DNA of 64,000 nt, taken from positions 196,106,001 through 196,170,000 of the forward strand of contig OZ038378.1 of assembly GCA_964036045.1 (NCBI GenBank). The letters are read 5' to 3'. A program made the translations under genes and the position numbers. Below the pieces are notes generated by a model. It had not been told where the DNA came from. It did no database searches and saw only the letters and a list, made by a program, of their open reading frames with translations. Below, piece by piece: positions 33,610-48,200 of the stretch. This DNA is from Eutreptiella sp. 'Long Island Sound 2002'. Lineage: Eukaryota; Protista; Euglenida. Positions within the stretch are counted from its first letter, which is position 1; each line of letters opens with the position of its first letter.

Positions 33610-35639
33610 CCCACCACTTTTCACTGAGCAAACTGCTTCCGACTCCACGGCGGGTGCCGCTCTGGTGGCATCCATCACCGCAACAACCGTTGATCGCGAC
33701 GGAGCGGTGCACATGTGCAAAACCCTCAGGCGCTTGGGGGGGGGTGGCAGAAAGGGGGTTGATTGTGTGCTCGCGCGTGTGTACTCTGGAGTTCATTGAG
33801 CACGTCTGGCGGCTGGCCGAACGCCAGTCCACGAAAGGAGGCTCGAGGATGCAGACACCCCCGACCGAATCCTCAGACAACCAACCCCCACGGCATGACA
33901 CAGCCCATCGATCAGGTCCCGGTCAACGGACCTTCACGCGGAAGCCATTCACGTCGCCCTGTAACTGTCCCTGCAAGCTGCTGTGCGTTCAACCGGGACC
34001 AGCGCTGTTCTTAAGAAGTCTTTTTGTTTGTCAGGGATAGCCCCCGAGGACCACCAACCGCCAACTGCCAACCGCCAACCGCCGCCAAGCGCGAACCACC
34101 CCCACCAGCCCTGACCGGGACCACGGCGCACCGGACCTTTGTTCACACAGTACAAAATAGTTTAATAAATGCGTGTGACCATCATTGTCTTGAGAACTCA
34201 CTGAGTTTTTGCCGGCCCCGAATGCCTTTGTCTGCCGATTTGAGTGCCTGCCTGTGAGGGTAACGTACCACACCCACTGAACCAGCCCCGGGGAGCACTA
34301 AGCATGGCCCTGCGCACCGTGACCGCATGTATTGTGCCACGCCGGCCCGCCCATTTCCGAACCTGTGAACCGGTCTTTTGGTGCTGAAGACGAAAGCCCC
34401 TCACACGATGCCCGCCGCACGGACTGGCACGGGGGTTGCACACGTGACTGCCCGCCCGGTCCCGCGCCTTCTTGCCTCATCCAACCATGGCCCGAGCCCC
34501 CCGCCCGGCTCCTGCACCGCCATCGGCCATTTGCACACGGCCCAGATGGCCAGCGAACAAGGGGTAGCCGAACGGGCCCCTGGCCTCTCGCATTTTTGTG
34601 AGCGTGCCCCCTTCACCCCCAACCCAACGGGGGGACAGCCAACCCACCCAGCGACGAGTGGAGGATTCCCGTCTCCAAAGGCGAACGTACCCAGAAGTAC
34701 CAACCAGCATCCTCAAATAGCCTTTATCCCCCCCCCCCCCCCCGGGTCCTGTTAACAACTCAGCCACCCCCCCGCCCCCTCTGGACCCACCCACCTCCCC
34801 CCAACCCCTCAAAAGATTGGGCCAAATTTTCTTCCGGGCCTTCGGCCAATCAAAAAATTTCTCTGGTGCCTTTGGCGCCAATTAATTTAGACCAAAAAAT
34901 TTTTTCGGCGCCTTTGGCGCCTCTCAAAACTCAGCACCACTGGGGTGGGGGTGGGGGGGCTGGACCCCCGCCTTAAAAGGAGCTTTGCCCCCCCCCCCCC
35001 CCCCCCTCTTGCACAGTCCCGCCCCCCTGGATGGGTGTCACTCCAAAAGTGCACGGCACCAAGTATCAAGGGCGCCGCAGGAAATTCTTCCTCCACTTAC
35101 AATGGAAGCATCAGGTTTGGGTCCTGGTCCATGGACTGTCATTTGGTGACTCTTCCTCCCGGCGGTTGGGGGGACTGTTGCGCGTGTTTTGGGGGCCAGT
35201 CCAGGGAGGCGGAGGGTGGGAAACTGGCCCCAGATTTCATTGTTGCGAACACCGCCGCATGCGGTTGTTCCACTGTCACGCTCCCTGACCCAATCCCCCG
35301 GTTTCTGACAAACTGTTTCACTGGAAATCCAGCAAACGTTTCCATTGCCCCCCCCCCCCCTCCCGTTGCATTATAATAAACGATTTCTTGTACCCCCCCC
35401 CCCCCTGTGACAGCAACACCCTTGTCAGAGCAACAGCAGTTGTTTCCGCAACTTTTGGTCCTCTACGCCAGCCCTCGTGTGCCCAGCGTGCAGGACCTTA
35501 ATCGACTGTTTTGTCTCCGCAACTTTTGGAGCCATGCCCTATTTTGCCCTTTATAAACACCCCCCCCCCCGTCAGAGCAACGGCAGGTGGTGTTTCCGTC
35601 AAGTTTTGGCACTTCAGTGTTGCTCTCGGGGGAGGGGGG

Positions 35640-35879
35640 CAGGCCTTTGCTTAGTGGCTGGTTGATACTATACCGGGGGGGGGGGGTGGGTGGGTGGGTC
35701 AGAGGCCAAAAAAAAGTTTGTGTACCTAAAATCGACCTCCAAGTTCGGGCCCCTTTGATAAATTTCATTTTTTTCCTGAGGAAAAATTTTCTGATGTGGG
35801 TGGGTGGGTGGGTCAGCCAAAATCCCGGGGGGCCAATTTGACCCCCCCCCCCCCCCCAGTATCACTAAGCAAAGGCCTG
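35640..35879. mobile_element. hAT-type MITE, copy 2
   Basis: Perfect 15-bp TIR CAGGCCTTTGCTTAG; perfect 8-bp TSD GAGGGGGG (35632-35639, 35880-35887). Confidence 0.92.
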
Positions 35880-37096
35880 GAGGGGGGGGCGTCACTTGGC
35901 TAAGTTCCCCAGGGGGTGTGGGGAGACCATCGCTCGCCGCCACGTACTACTCAAGGGGGGGGGGGTTGACCCGGGCTGTTGCCGGAGAGCGCAATTAGGA
36001 CCACGCGTGCCAGCACGATTTTTGCGGCACAGCAGTCCAAAAGGTGCCTGCACCGCAAACACCCCCCCGGGACTGTGTCTGTGTGCAAGTGATTCCGGGC
36101 TCCAAGTGAGCAATCGCGAACATCGGTCGAAGACTCGACCGCCTCAGATATTCGGCCGCAGACAAAAGCAAAGAAGGGGGCGTTGCCTCTTACATTGCCA
36201 AGGAGAGTGCCTCAGGCGCGGTGCGCGCGGTGCGTTTAGGCAGGACCGGCGTAGACCGATGGTGCCACGAAATGTTGCAAAACAGCGGTCACACGGCAGT
36301 GAACAGCAGCACTTCCTTTTGATTGGGTAGAAACATTTTTGTTGCAGCCCAGGGCTGATCGTGTGTGGTTTCTTTGTGGGCTGCAGGGCAGGGCTGCATT
36401 CGAAGGTAAGGGACCTCAGAGGCGGCCCCAGGGTCCGTTGGACAGGCGGTTGAGGCGGTTGCCAACGCGGTTGGGGGCGGGTACTGTCGATTACAAATGC
36501 CATTGAGGCTGGCACGTGTCGTCAGAAGGACAGTGGCTGGGCGTTGGCTGGGCGCCCTGGAAAGGGTGGGGGGTTACCCGACGGAATGTCAGACAGGGGG
36601 TACCCCCCCACCTTCCAATGCATTCCTACGCAGGGGGCATTGTAGGCCCCCGCGTCCCTGCCTGTAATATGGGTGTAGTCCATTGGTGAATGACGCGTCT
36701 ACTCAAGCGCGCGTCGGCACGGTGCCCGCGGTGTGATGGAGGCACTCTCTCGTATATTGCCACGTGCAACGCCGGTATAATGCGTCTGATAAGTTGAGTC
36801 ATCTGCTGGGCCATCCGTCCCCCCCCCCCCCCCCGGGCCTTGCCTCGCGGTGTGCACCACCGCTGCAGAGGTCCGCAGTGCGTCTCCCCGATGCCCCGAT
36901 GTTTGGCACCGGGGCACACCGACCCCCAGCGACGCACACACCACAGCCCGGCAGGGGATTGCCAGGCTGCCCGATGCTGGTGGTTCTGCTGACCCTGACA
37001 CCGTACGGGGCCATGTGTCCCCCCCAACAGGTCACCTCCAGCAGTGCACCACGGGCCATCCCCAGAAAGCAGCCTCCAGGGCGACCTTCCCCCATA

Positions 37097-37717
37097 CCCC
37101 CCCTCCCCTTGTCCAAGCAACACCGATTGAGGGCGTAGGTCTGTCGGTGGGGACCTATTGCTGAACTTTCCACTGTTCTATGGCCAAGCAACACCGATGC
37201 TGGACACATGCTGGACACACGAACCAATGGATGCCGCAGCTTCGCTGCCATGATGCGTGTCGCACTGTTGAGAATGCCCGAGTGATTCTGGAGGGTGCCG
37301 ACCATCGTCGTTCTATGGCCAAGCAACACCCGGCGTTGGTGCGGTCAATTTTCACACCGTGGATTTTGGCGGTGCACTTTTCAATTGGTCCCACTGTGTG
37401 CTACGTGTGCTGCCTGATACTTTGGTTGTGAGATGCAGGATGTTCATACTCTGTGTCAAGGAAGCTGATTGGGGCATGATGGCCTCTGTCGCACATTTTG
37501 ATTGGTTCTCAGAACAGTGCACCATGTCGTTCCGCATGTACCATGCAAAATGCAATGCGCAAGCGACACCCTTGTCCAAGCAACACCAGGATGCGAGGGC
37601 ATAGGTCTGTCGGTGGGGACCTATCGCTGAACGTTCCACTGTTTATGGCCAAGCAACACCAGCCGTTGGTTCCGTCAATTTCTGGTCATTTAATATTGCT
37701 GGGACAAGGGGGGGGGG
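37097..37717. mobile_element. Probable TA-flanked MITE with internal ~90-bp direct repeats
   Basis: Termini C-run-CTTGTCCAAGCAA and TTGCTGGGACAAG-G-run, TA on both sides; internal repeats at 37106-37196 and 37569-37660; CCAAGCAACACC occurs five times. Confidence 0.6.
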
Positions 37718-38899
37718 TATTTAATAATGACCCTGAGAAAGGGGGTATGCATGCACCCCCCTCCCCCCCTCAAGTGCACGTCAACTGCGGCCTGTCTCGA
37801 CCGCATGAGCTGCCGTCTCTGCATTTTTCTGGGGCACCCCATTTGCTGGTACCATGATTGTTGCACATGTATGCCCATATCCTGCGTCCATCGCGTCTGC
37901 AGCCGCACACATCTGCGGCGCAGCCCAATGCTAATCCTCAACTTGAAGATATCACTATTGGTGTGTGTATGCATAACAATTTTCTCCGGTGCCTTCAGTG
38001 CCACATGCATTGACCAAACTGCAAATGTAGGGTTATCATCCCCCCCCCCCCCCTCCCTGCGTTTGGTAGGGTGTTGCATGGAACGTGTTCGTGACCTTGT
38101 CTCCCTGTCGTCGTTGATCCCGAACACCCACCCCCAGCTTCACGATGGCCCCACCCCCATGAACTTGCCCCCCATCCTCCTATCTGGACAAGACAATCTT
38201 GGCCTGTCAGGCCTGTCTGCTCACTTTTGCAGCTTGGCTCCACTCGTCTTCCCCACTTTGCCTGTTCTGCTGTCGCCCTGCACGTGGTTCATACACGGGG
38301 GTTGTGTCAAGATGTGGACAATCATGATGATGCCGGCAAAAGTGCCTCCAAACAAGAAACGCGCTGTACCCCCAAACCCTCTGGGAAAACCACAGTGCAC
38401 CACAGGGGGGGGGGGGGGGTGGGCCGTAAATTGGGTGTCGGAAATTTGGCGTTTCAATTTGGCCGCCAAATGTCCCACGCCAAACCCAGGGGTTTCATGC
38501 TGGCCCCTTGTGCTTTGCATGCTTCATGCCTCGTTGACTAGGCACCCCCCCTCTCACTGTGCAACACTTTGTAGGACAGTAACGGCGCACCCCAGAGGCC
38601 TCCAAGGCAGAGCACGAGCCCCAGTTTTGGTCCAAAGCCCCGTGCGGTGTACATGGTACAGATACTCCCGCTTGTTTTCGATAGATGCGTTTCTGAGGGG
38701 CGCATCCAGAACCCTCGAGTGCACCCAAATGCACTTAATAGTTATACGGTGCACCCACTGCACTGAAGCCCCCCCCCCAGGTGGTGTGGATACATGCAAA
38801 TGTGTATGGATGGACCACCAATCGCAATATTCATTTTTTTTTTAGTCAAGCATGTTTGTCACACGCGTGGGCTCGTGTTGTTCTGACGTCTTTGCAACC

Positions 38900-40110
38900 A
38901 AAGACCAGCCGCCCTGCAGCAGCCAGTATGAAGAATGATGCACAAATCCAAACTAGAATATTTTCCATGACAAGAAATCCTAATGCCATGCAGCAGCTAG
39001 GGCTGTGGTGACATGCGCTACGGTGTTTCATCACAGGGCTTAAAAGGGAGCAGGAAATTACTAGGGTGCTGAACTGGCACAGATACATGTAGAGGAGGGT
39101 AGGTTGATGCCTCGGAGGGCTGCCAATCATATTCAGACACTGCCCACGTTCTTGCGTGCTTTGCCATGCCACCAAAGGGCTCACAGTTTGTGGGTTGTTG
39201 TGATTCCTCGGAAGGGGGGGGCTCAGCCACAGAAAATCACGGTGGGTCACTTCTTTGAAAGCCCCCCGAGGCTGCCTTTGGCCCTTTGAGGGTGCCAACC
39301 GCGTTGTCAAACGGTGTACACAACTAGTGTGGGCACACCAACTGTTGTTCAAAGGTGGGGCTTTCACCTTCGCTGCCCTGGGACCTACCAGGGAAAGCTC
39401 CTGGGTTGCAGCGCTACAGCCCTGGTAGCCAAGGGGGCCGCGAGGGTACAACACTTGGCTGGCCCCTCTTTGAGGGGGCGGGGGAGGGCCACACCTGCAA
39501 AAATGTGAATGATTCTTTTCAACAGTCTACCTTGACATCAATCTCCCAGCTCTGCTTCACATTGTCATCCACCTAGCACCGAGAGCACTGGCCTCAGAGC
39601 AGAGTAGGGAACAGGCAATACCGGCTTTGTCCGGGTAATACCTATGGTCAATGCAATCCGATGCACCACACGATGGTGTGCAGCATGATCTTGAGTGATG
39701 ATGTGACAGCCAGGGCAGATAGCACGCCTAAGAGGGAGTACTATACGCAGTGTGCACCCAAGGGGGAGCGTTAGCGCCGGGCATATTTTTTGACCCGTGC
39801 CCCACCGGTGAACTTTTAGGGGGTGCACTACAAATATTGGACTGCACACCTTCCCTACAAAGCGCGTTGCATAATAAGGCAATAGCTGTGAATTCAACAA
39901 CTCCAAATCAAAGAAATCACCTCGGGTACGAGGAGGTCCATACCCATCCCAAATGAAAACATCAGCTGATGTCCCGGGGGCCAAGTGGCAAATCCATATA
40001 ATGTTGCCAACATATCAACGGCAACAGTCACCTTATAAACATGCGACGCATACTTAGGATTCCACAGGCCAGCACCCCATATCCGGCCAATGGATCTGAT
40101 GGGCATGGAG
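38900..40110 (-). mobile_element. Possible LINE-like 3' remnant
   Basis: MPIRSIGRIWGAGLWNP resembles the post-RT LP..GGLGL motif; fragmented ORFs downstream. Confidence 0.3.
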
Positions 40111-42206
40111 TCTGTGAAAATGTGAAATAAGCATCAAAATACCCGTTTTCAAACAACAACAACGCCCATAGTATCACAAAGTATGGGGTTCTAGGATGGC
40201 TAGACATCCAAATAGTTGCGCTACGTGCGCACTGCGCTATGGTCTACTTGGGGGGCTTCTAAATGAGAGGGTGAATCTGGGGCTGAAGTCGGGATAGTCA
40301 ATAGAAAAGTAGCGCGCCGGGTGCGCGCCCGGCAAACATCCCCCCCAATGCCCACGTGGTGCGCGCGTGCGGTGTGTGTATTGGGTGGTTTTGTAGACCT
40401 ACCCACCTGTTTGACATTGAAGTGCATGTGTTTCCAAGCTGTAAGAGGTATTGCCATTGCACACACTGTGTCCCCTCACTGTGCAGTCCTTTGGAAAAAT
40501 TTCTTGTGCTCCGGCATGCTGCGGCATGCTTCTACCTGCACATGTGGGTACCTAGGCATCTGTGGGAACTTGAACTCGCAAACAAGAGACAACATGCACC
40601 ATGCTGGTGCTTCTGGTTGTCTCCTTGTTCCGTTTGCAAGGAATGACCCTTTCCCCACAGTTTGTTCCAACACGTTACACGGTGCACACACCATGCTTGC
40701 GTGGTGCAAGTAATCCCCTTAACCGTAGGAAAAGGCGGACTAATGCATCGCCAGACCTCGGCCTGTGAAGATGAACTGCCAAACTTGCTGCATATGCATA
40801 CCGGGACATGCATGTGTGGAGCGCTTTGGGACCTGCGTGCAGCTTGGAGTGATGATGGCATTGCAGATGGCCACGCCCGAGCACCAGAGGAGCCAACCCG
40901 ATGCTGCAGAGCGGAAGCCTCCTGTTCTGTCGGCATCAAGGGGGGCTTCTCTGACACATGGCCCTTTGATCCCCCGCCCTCGCATCCGGCTCAGTGCTGA
41001 TGTTTGCCCCACATCAGTCAACAAGCATTGTCATGGCGCAACAGCACATATGCCCAACATACGGCATTGCCTGAATGAACGACAGCCAACACCTGCGATT
41101 CTGTGGTAGCCATTCCCAATCTGCCCCCCCCCCCCCCCTGAAGAGCGGACCTCCCTTTGAACACCACAATTGATGCGGTGTGAATGATGATTGCGCCAGA
41201 AAAGTGGACCTCGCCTCCCGTGCAATTGTTCCGTATACAAGCGGGGCACTGGGTTTTATTCTGAGCCCATGCAGAAGTAATGCCCTCTCACAAACTCAGC
41301 CCATGAAATGACAAAGTGCGACACAATTTGACAGCTTCCAGAGTTCTGCAATGTTGTGCTGCTGTATGTGTGCTTACATTTGTGCCCAGACACACCCTGA
41401 GGTTTGAGGGACATATTGCGAGTTTGTACTGGTTTTCAACCAGGGGTGCCGTGCATAGTCACCGGCCATGGGCACTGCACACACTGTGCCTACATCACAA
41501 TGCCAGTCCCCTGCCCCCCAGAAGAGAAGACCTACCCATCCCCCAGAAACGAAATGATGGCAGTCCATGGAAGTTAATGGCATTGCCCAAATTGCCAAGA
41601 TCGGCGAAAAATAGCATACCGGGAGGGGGGATTATACGGGGTGGAATTTCTGTGTCACAAATTCTCTGCCAAATTTTTGTGTGCAATTTGTTGGGTGTTT
41701 TTGAGGATTTGCAAGGGTATACGGTAGGCTGTGCCTTTGCTCAGTTGTACCAGGCCAGAGGATTTGGTTAATGATAATTGGTTTCCCATGGAAGTTGCAG
41801 AAGTGCTGAAGTTGTCTTTCCTCATTTGTAATGTTCCTGTGGCATTCAATTGGGTGCTGACATGCATGCTGGTTGATGCACCAGGAAAGTCCTCCAGGAA
41901 ATAACAGCAACCGTCCACTGTTTTTCATGAGCAACTTTTGCCAAACCTGCGTAATTTGTTCGCTCATTTTTAAGAAATGGCACGGGTTTTGTCGTGCCAG
42001 AATTTGTAGTCTCAGATTTTCACAGACACAGAATCCCCCCCCCCCCCCCCTTGGTGCGTTGCCGGCTGGGCAAGGAAGCCCCACTGGGCAATTACACCGT
42101 AGTGCCTTGTTCTCCCTCCTAAGAAAGTTGAGGAAGTGACACTTCACTGTTGTGGCATGTACATTCCACATCCCGTGATGCTCACCAGCTCCTTTGTCGT
42201 AGTGCC

Positions 42207-45200
42207 ATGTCAGAACCCACCATTCCCCAAGTGGCCCCTGAGAATGCGACGGCAGAGGGCGTGGCTGAACAGGAGCTAGCGAGACAGAGAAAGGAGTCAG
42301 TGAGCAGGAAGCGGCAGCCCACACTCCAACACCCGGCAAACGCGGTGCGTCTTCTGTTGGACATGTCCCTGCCCCTTGTCGACGCCCACACGCATGTGGT
42401 CGAGAAGGTGCGGACGGGGCCTGGGGAGCACCATGTCTCCATGTACACCTGGACCCACCAAATGTTGTCCGACAATGCGGAGCCCGTGATGGTGGACATC
42501 GCGGTGCACGAGTGCGAAGACGAAGACGATGTCATTGCGTTTGACGAGCCCACCGACGATCTCAACGAGCCCGCGGGGCTGCATGTCGCAGTCACGCCGA
42601 GCGATCAATGGCGGCACCACACCATTGCGGTTCCGGAGGACTTGGCAGAGTGCAATTTGGTCATCCACTGCGACACCAAATCCGCCCACGCATGCCGGGT
42701 GCGCGTGCTGATCTACAAGGTGAGGCCCCTCGCCGCAGCCTGAAGGGGAGCACCAGACCTGGTGCGGGCCCGGGGCGGGGCATGAAGCACGGTTGCAGTT
42801 GAGGAGTCCTGTCCCTGTGTGAGCCCTTTGCACCTGCGCCCACCCAAATGACACCTTGAGCGTCCGAAACTCAACATAAAAACTCCTGTGCACCCCTTGT
42901 GCCGTGGGGTAGATGGGTGCCTGGGCCTACTGCTATTGTGCCCCCCGCCCCGGCCAGTGCTCGGGCCCAGGCAGCAGAACCATGCCCAGGGGGCAGGCCT
43001 CGTTGATAAGCAATTAATACGGATGGGGGGGGGTCTGGGTGGGTTCCCCAGTCTGCGTGGGTGGGTCAAAAGTTTGGGACCCCCCCTCTTATAATAGCCG
43101 GACCATTACCGGACTGGCCTGACCGCCTGAGTGCCAGCCTTTGAGCAAGGGCCTGCAGGTTGTGCAAGGGTGGTGATAGTACCGGGGGGGGGGGGGTTTA
43201 GGGGGTGACAAATTTGATGTGGACAAGTTTGGAAGCCCTACCTCCTACCAAATGTTTTCTTCAATTTTAAAAATGCGATGTGTCAAAATGTGTGCACCAG
43301 GCATGGGCTGCAGGAGGGGTGGGTTTTCTGTGCGCTGCATGCAGTGTGACCATCCAGAGCCCATCAGGACATAACAGTGACCATCCAGAGGCCACAAGGA
43401 AATACCAGTAGCCATCCACTAGGAAGCAACAGCAAGGGACCTTATATCAAAATTTTCCTTCATTTCTAAGGACCAGTTCCAAATATCCCCCTCCCTAATT
43501 TTAGCCCTCCCCCAAAAAAAAAACCCTCAAATTATTCCCCCCCCCCCCCCCGGTAGTAGAAGGCAGGCCGGTGATTCTGGCCGACAACACCCGGCCTACC
43601 AACGAACAATTGAGCCGAGAAAGCCGTATGATAGATTCAGCTGTGTGGAACTGCCGAGCATTGCTGCATATGCATACCAGGACGTGCATGTGTGGAGCGC
43701 TTTGTGACCTGCGTGCGGCCCTCTTATAATTGTGGCTTGGGTGGGTGGGTCTGCAGTCTAGGACCCCCCTTTTAATGTTAGTGTATGTTACTAAAAGTGA
43801 CAGTGACAGTGACAGCGGTTTTGTCATGGAAACCAACGGAAAAGAAGATAAAAGCCTGGTCCGACAAAGGCATGCCACGGAAGAAAAAGAAGAAGAAGCA
43901 AGCCAGCAAGCGCCAGAACACAAGCCACAGTCAGAGCACTCAGAGCAGTAGCGACAGTGACAACAACAAAAACAGAAGCAGCGACCCTCAGGGCAGGAGT
44001 AGCAGCGACCACTCAGAGACCGCCAAACCCTAACTACACCCCCATCCCCCCCCCCCCCCCCTGGGGGGGGCCGCCTTCCCCAAGCCCAAGCCCAGGGTGC
44101 CCCAACACTAAAAGACTCCAAAGATAAAGAAAAAGCAGAAAACCCTTAAAAAAATAAGGCGAGCGGGACCATGCGTTTTGGCAGCCGTGGTAGCATCACC
44201 TCAGGTGGGGCTGGGGTGCCATTCAACCCCGGGAAAGCCCCCCCCCCCCCCTTAAATGTTTATCAGAGGGGGAGGAGTCTGGGTGGGTGCCTTGATCTTG
44301 GGTGGGTGGCCGCCTGAAAACTCCCCCTGACCCTTCCCCCCCTTTTTATGGACGAGGCCTGCCAGGGGGTCACGCTTTGAACTGAAGTGCCCGGAAAGTC
44401 ATGTGGCAGGTGTGACTGGAGCAAAGTGGCGGTGCACACCTGACCAATTGCAGTTGCAGCCCCCCAGCCCCCCGGCTTTCAGAGATAGTGGCCCAGGGTT
44501 GATGGTGCTCAGCTTTTCATGCCTAGCTCAAGGGACAAGATTTTGGTTTTGACCCCCATGTCCATTGTCGAAATCCTCCGAATTTGGCACACAATTCAAA
44601 TCTGCTTGAACTTGATGTTAATTTGATGTTGACCCACCTGTCGTCTCTCTGCGCTGGCTGTGGCAGGGGTTAGGGTTAACATCACCGAGCTGGTGGAACT
44701 GGTACGGTTTTTTGACCCTCTTCAAGGTACAGGGTGGAGTTCAGCCCTAAAACCGACCTGCAATGCCCAGTCTTTGAAGACTCACCTTCTTTTGCCCACT
44801 TTTAGTGTCGTACACCGCCTTGAAATTGTCCAAAGGTGGGGACATTCAGTCTATCAGCACCGACCTCGATTGTGCCCCTTCAACAGTATCCTTGTACCGA
44901 CAGCAACACCTCCGAGGAAGGTCCTCATCCTCCTTACATATGCAGTAGAACTCCAAATCCAAGGCCTAGGTCCCACCTCTGGTGGAAGGGGCGACTCCCA
45001 GAGGGAGTTCCCAGACCGTGTCCCCCTGTTGCGTGGCCCCACAACAGATGGCATATGGTCTCTGCTCCTCCTCAGAGAGTACGTGAGGGCGCCGGGCAAA
45101 GTTTCCCCCTATTTCCCCCAAGTTAACCCCCCCTTTTCCCATTTTTGGTCCCCGTGTTGGGGACCCCCGAGAAGACAGGGGTGATGTAGCCATTCCGCCC

Positions 45201-48200
45201 ACACGTGGGCCCCTGAGACGGTGGGGGTTAGGTAGCCTGGGCTGGAGGAGGGAGTGATGTTTGGGGGTAAAGCATTGGGATAGATGGCCAGAACATTGAT
45301 TTGGATGCCGGGCTTCTATCTCCTCTATATGGGTGACAGGGGTGGCTGCTGTGGGGATTTTGGCTGCCCGGCCTTTCTGATGTTCTGGAATACCTGGACC
45401 CCACTGGACTGTCATGTTCTCCACATGGACATTGCACCGCACACACTGCGCATTGTGTGCTGTCGCGTATTGGGAGTATTTTCCTTCGCAATTGTGCAAC
45501 TACACTATTTTTTGGCGGTCAGTTTGTAGCTTTGTTTGTACAGGGGATGGGGACACTGTAGCTTGTCCTGTAGATCCATGGCGTCTCAGGCGATCCTCCG
45601 GGGTGCCGGGTAACCCAGCCTGGGAATGAAGGGCACTGCCTCGGCGGCTGCACGGGCGGGCGAGCTCAGAAGTGACTTAGTCATGACTGGGTTCATCCCT
45701 CCATGCCGCCGTCCTCCATGGGGGCAACCTTGGGGGGGGGCGGGGTTGAACTCTTTTCCCTAGAGACCCAGATTAGAAGTAGTATGGTGAATTTTAGTTT
45801 TTTGTATATGAAAGGGGTTAGTTATTAAGCAATTACTCTGTAGTTGTAGTGGAACCATCAGGTTGAGGTTGGGATGCACAGTCACCCAGGAGTGGGACAC
45901 CATCAGGGAAGTATTAGAATGGCCGTACACCGTAAGAGGAAGCCCCCCCCCCCCCCCTCCAGACCAAAGTGACCATCGTGGAAACAAACGACATTTACGA
46001 AAGGGAGAATCTGGTCGGGCCCTTTTTGGTACACAAACTTTTGGGTCCCAGAACCCGGCCTCCCCTTCCCTGGACACCATCACTTATTGGCAGTAAGTTC
46101 ACCCTGGTCATCAGAACCTCGGTTGCCAAGCACCGTGCATCTCGCACCTCTGCCTGCCCTCTGCCACTTCCCTGCCCCCTTTCCTCAACTTGGCCCCCCT
46201 GTTTACCCCTCTCCCTGCCTCCTGTGCTCTCTTACGTTCCTCAAAGATGTTTTGGAAGGGGGCACGGGGGCCGATCCTGGACGGGACCCAACCCCAAAGG
46301 GGGGGGGCGGGGGCTCTACGGACCCCAAATTTGTCGTACGGAACAATGTGCTTTGTCCGGAGATTGTGTTTCAGGCATACGGCAGGAAGAAAATTTTTTG
46401 TTCGACCCTATGTGTCTGTACTCAAAATACTCAGAATTTCGTGGAGAATTCAAAAATGGCTGAAAAGCACAAAAAAGGATTTTGACCCTGACCCGGCCTC
46501 CGGGTCGGACCTTGGCTGATGGGAGCCTGTTTGAGCTTTAGCCAGGGGCCTGACGGAAAAGGTGCTGGGTTTGGGTCAACAAAGGGGGGGGGGGTGGGGT
46601 CCCCCCCCCCCTTCGGAGGGGGGTGGGGGTCCCCCCCCCAACCCACCCAACCCCTACAGCCCCCCAAACTGTCGAACACCCCTCCGGGTCACACATTGGC
46701 TGGCGGCGGCCCCCGTGGAAGGGGGGGAGGTACCCCCCCGCCCCCTCCAGGGCGCCCAGCCAACGCCCAGCCACTCTCTCCCTGACGGCAAGTGCCAGTT
46801 TCAATGGCATTTGTAGCCGACAGTAACCGCTCCCAACCGCTTCGGTAACCTCCTCCAACCGCCTGTCTAACCGCTACTGGGGCTGCCTCTGAGGTCCCTT
46901 CCCTTCTAATGCATCCCAAATGCCCCCCCCAGATGGAGCCTGAAGGCGACGCCCACCCATCACAATGGTGGGAGACACCGCCGTTCAACGGGATCGCCGC
47001 CCTGCCCAACCAGCTGCAGACCTCCGTGAAGGCCTGGCCCGCCCTGGGGGTCGACAACGCATGTGCCCTGCGTGAGCTCGCGCACGAGAGCCGCGAGAAG
47101 AAGGAGGCCCACGGCCGGGGCTGGGGCCGGCCGTTCCTGCTCCTGGTGTCCATGCCCCCGCTGCTGCGGGCGCAGTGGGCGGCGATCCTCGGCCTGCCCG
47201 CGTCGGTCTGGGCGGGCGCCAACGCCCACGCCCAGGCCTTTGCCATCCTGGAGGGCTGCGCGGGGCATGCGGTGACCGGTCTGCACGACCGCATCCTGAA
47301 GATTGCAGGTCCCCCCCCCCCCCCCAGAGCGCAGATGCATGCCGGTAATGCATGGTGTCTTTATCCGACACTGATTGCTGATGTCTGACTGACAGCTACT
47401 GACTGTGATTGTCTGACTAATGTAGTCAGACATGATGTTCTGTTTTCTGTTTCAGACACAGTGTGTGTCTTGAGGTTTAACCAGGTTTGGCATAGAGAAT
47501 AAAGATGCACTTATGCCTGACTGTGGAGTGCATTACCTCTGGTTTGCATTTGTCTGTTTTTTAATTAGGTCACACCCCCCCAAGAGCGCAGAGCGCAGAA
47601 GGAGGAGGAGGAAAGGAAAAAAGGGAAAGAATCATTGCGGTTGTTAGAAGCCCCCGTCAGGAAAATTGTCCTGCAGATGCACACCCCAGCCCGCACAAGT
47701 CAGTGCTGGGGTCGGCAAACCCAGCATGGACTCAGATCTGGATGCACCTGGTCAACGGCACGGGCAGCAGCCCGTCTCCGGGACAGGCGACCCTGGAGTA
47801 GTCAAACAGGACAAGTCATCCAGGGGCTCCGTTGACACAACCAAAACACGTTCGGGCCAACAGAGGGTCAGAATGAGCAGCGGCGAGAGGCCAATAGGCG
47901 CCGCCAAAGGCAAACAATCAGATACCGAGGCCTCGTGTCCACCCCTCCCCCCCCCCCCCCCCTCTTGTCCTACCACGGGCGGGATGACTCGGGGATTGGA
48001 GGATGGGCGACACGTCCAGTGAGTCGTCGGAGCCCATCAGTGATGGCTTCTCAACAGGTGTCAGTGACAGGGCTCGGGAGAGGGCACAAGAAGGGGTGTT
48101 TGAGCTGGAATGCGAGACTGACTAGAGCACGGATGTGAGTGAGTCCAGAAAGTGGAAGGGCAGGAGGGTGATCAAGAGTTCTCCTGACGTGGCCTAAAGG

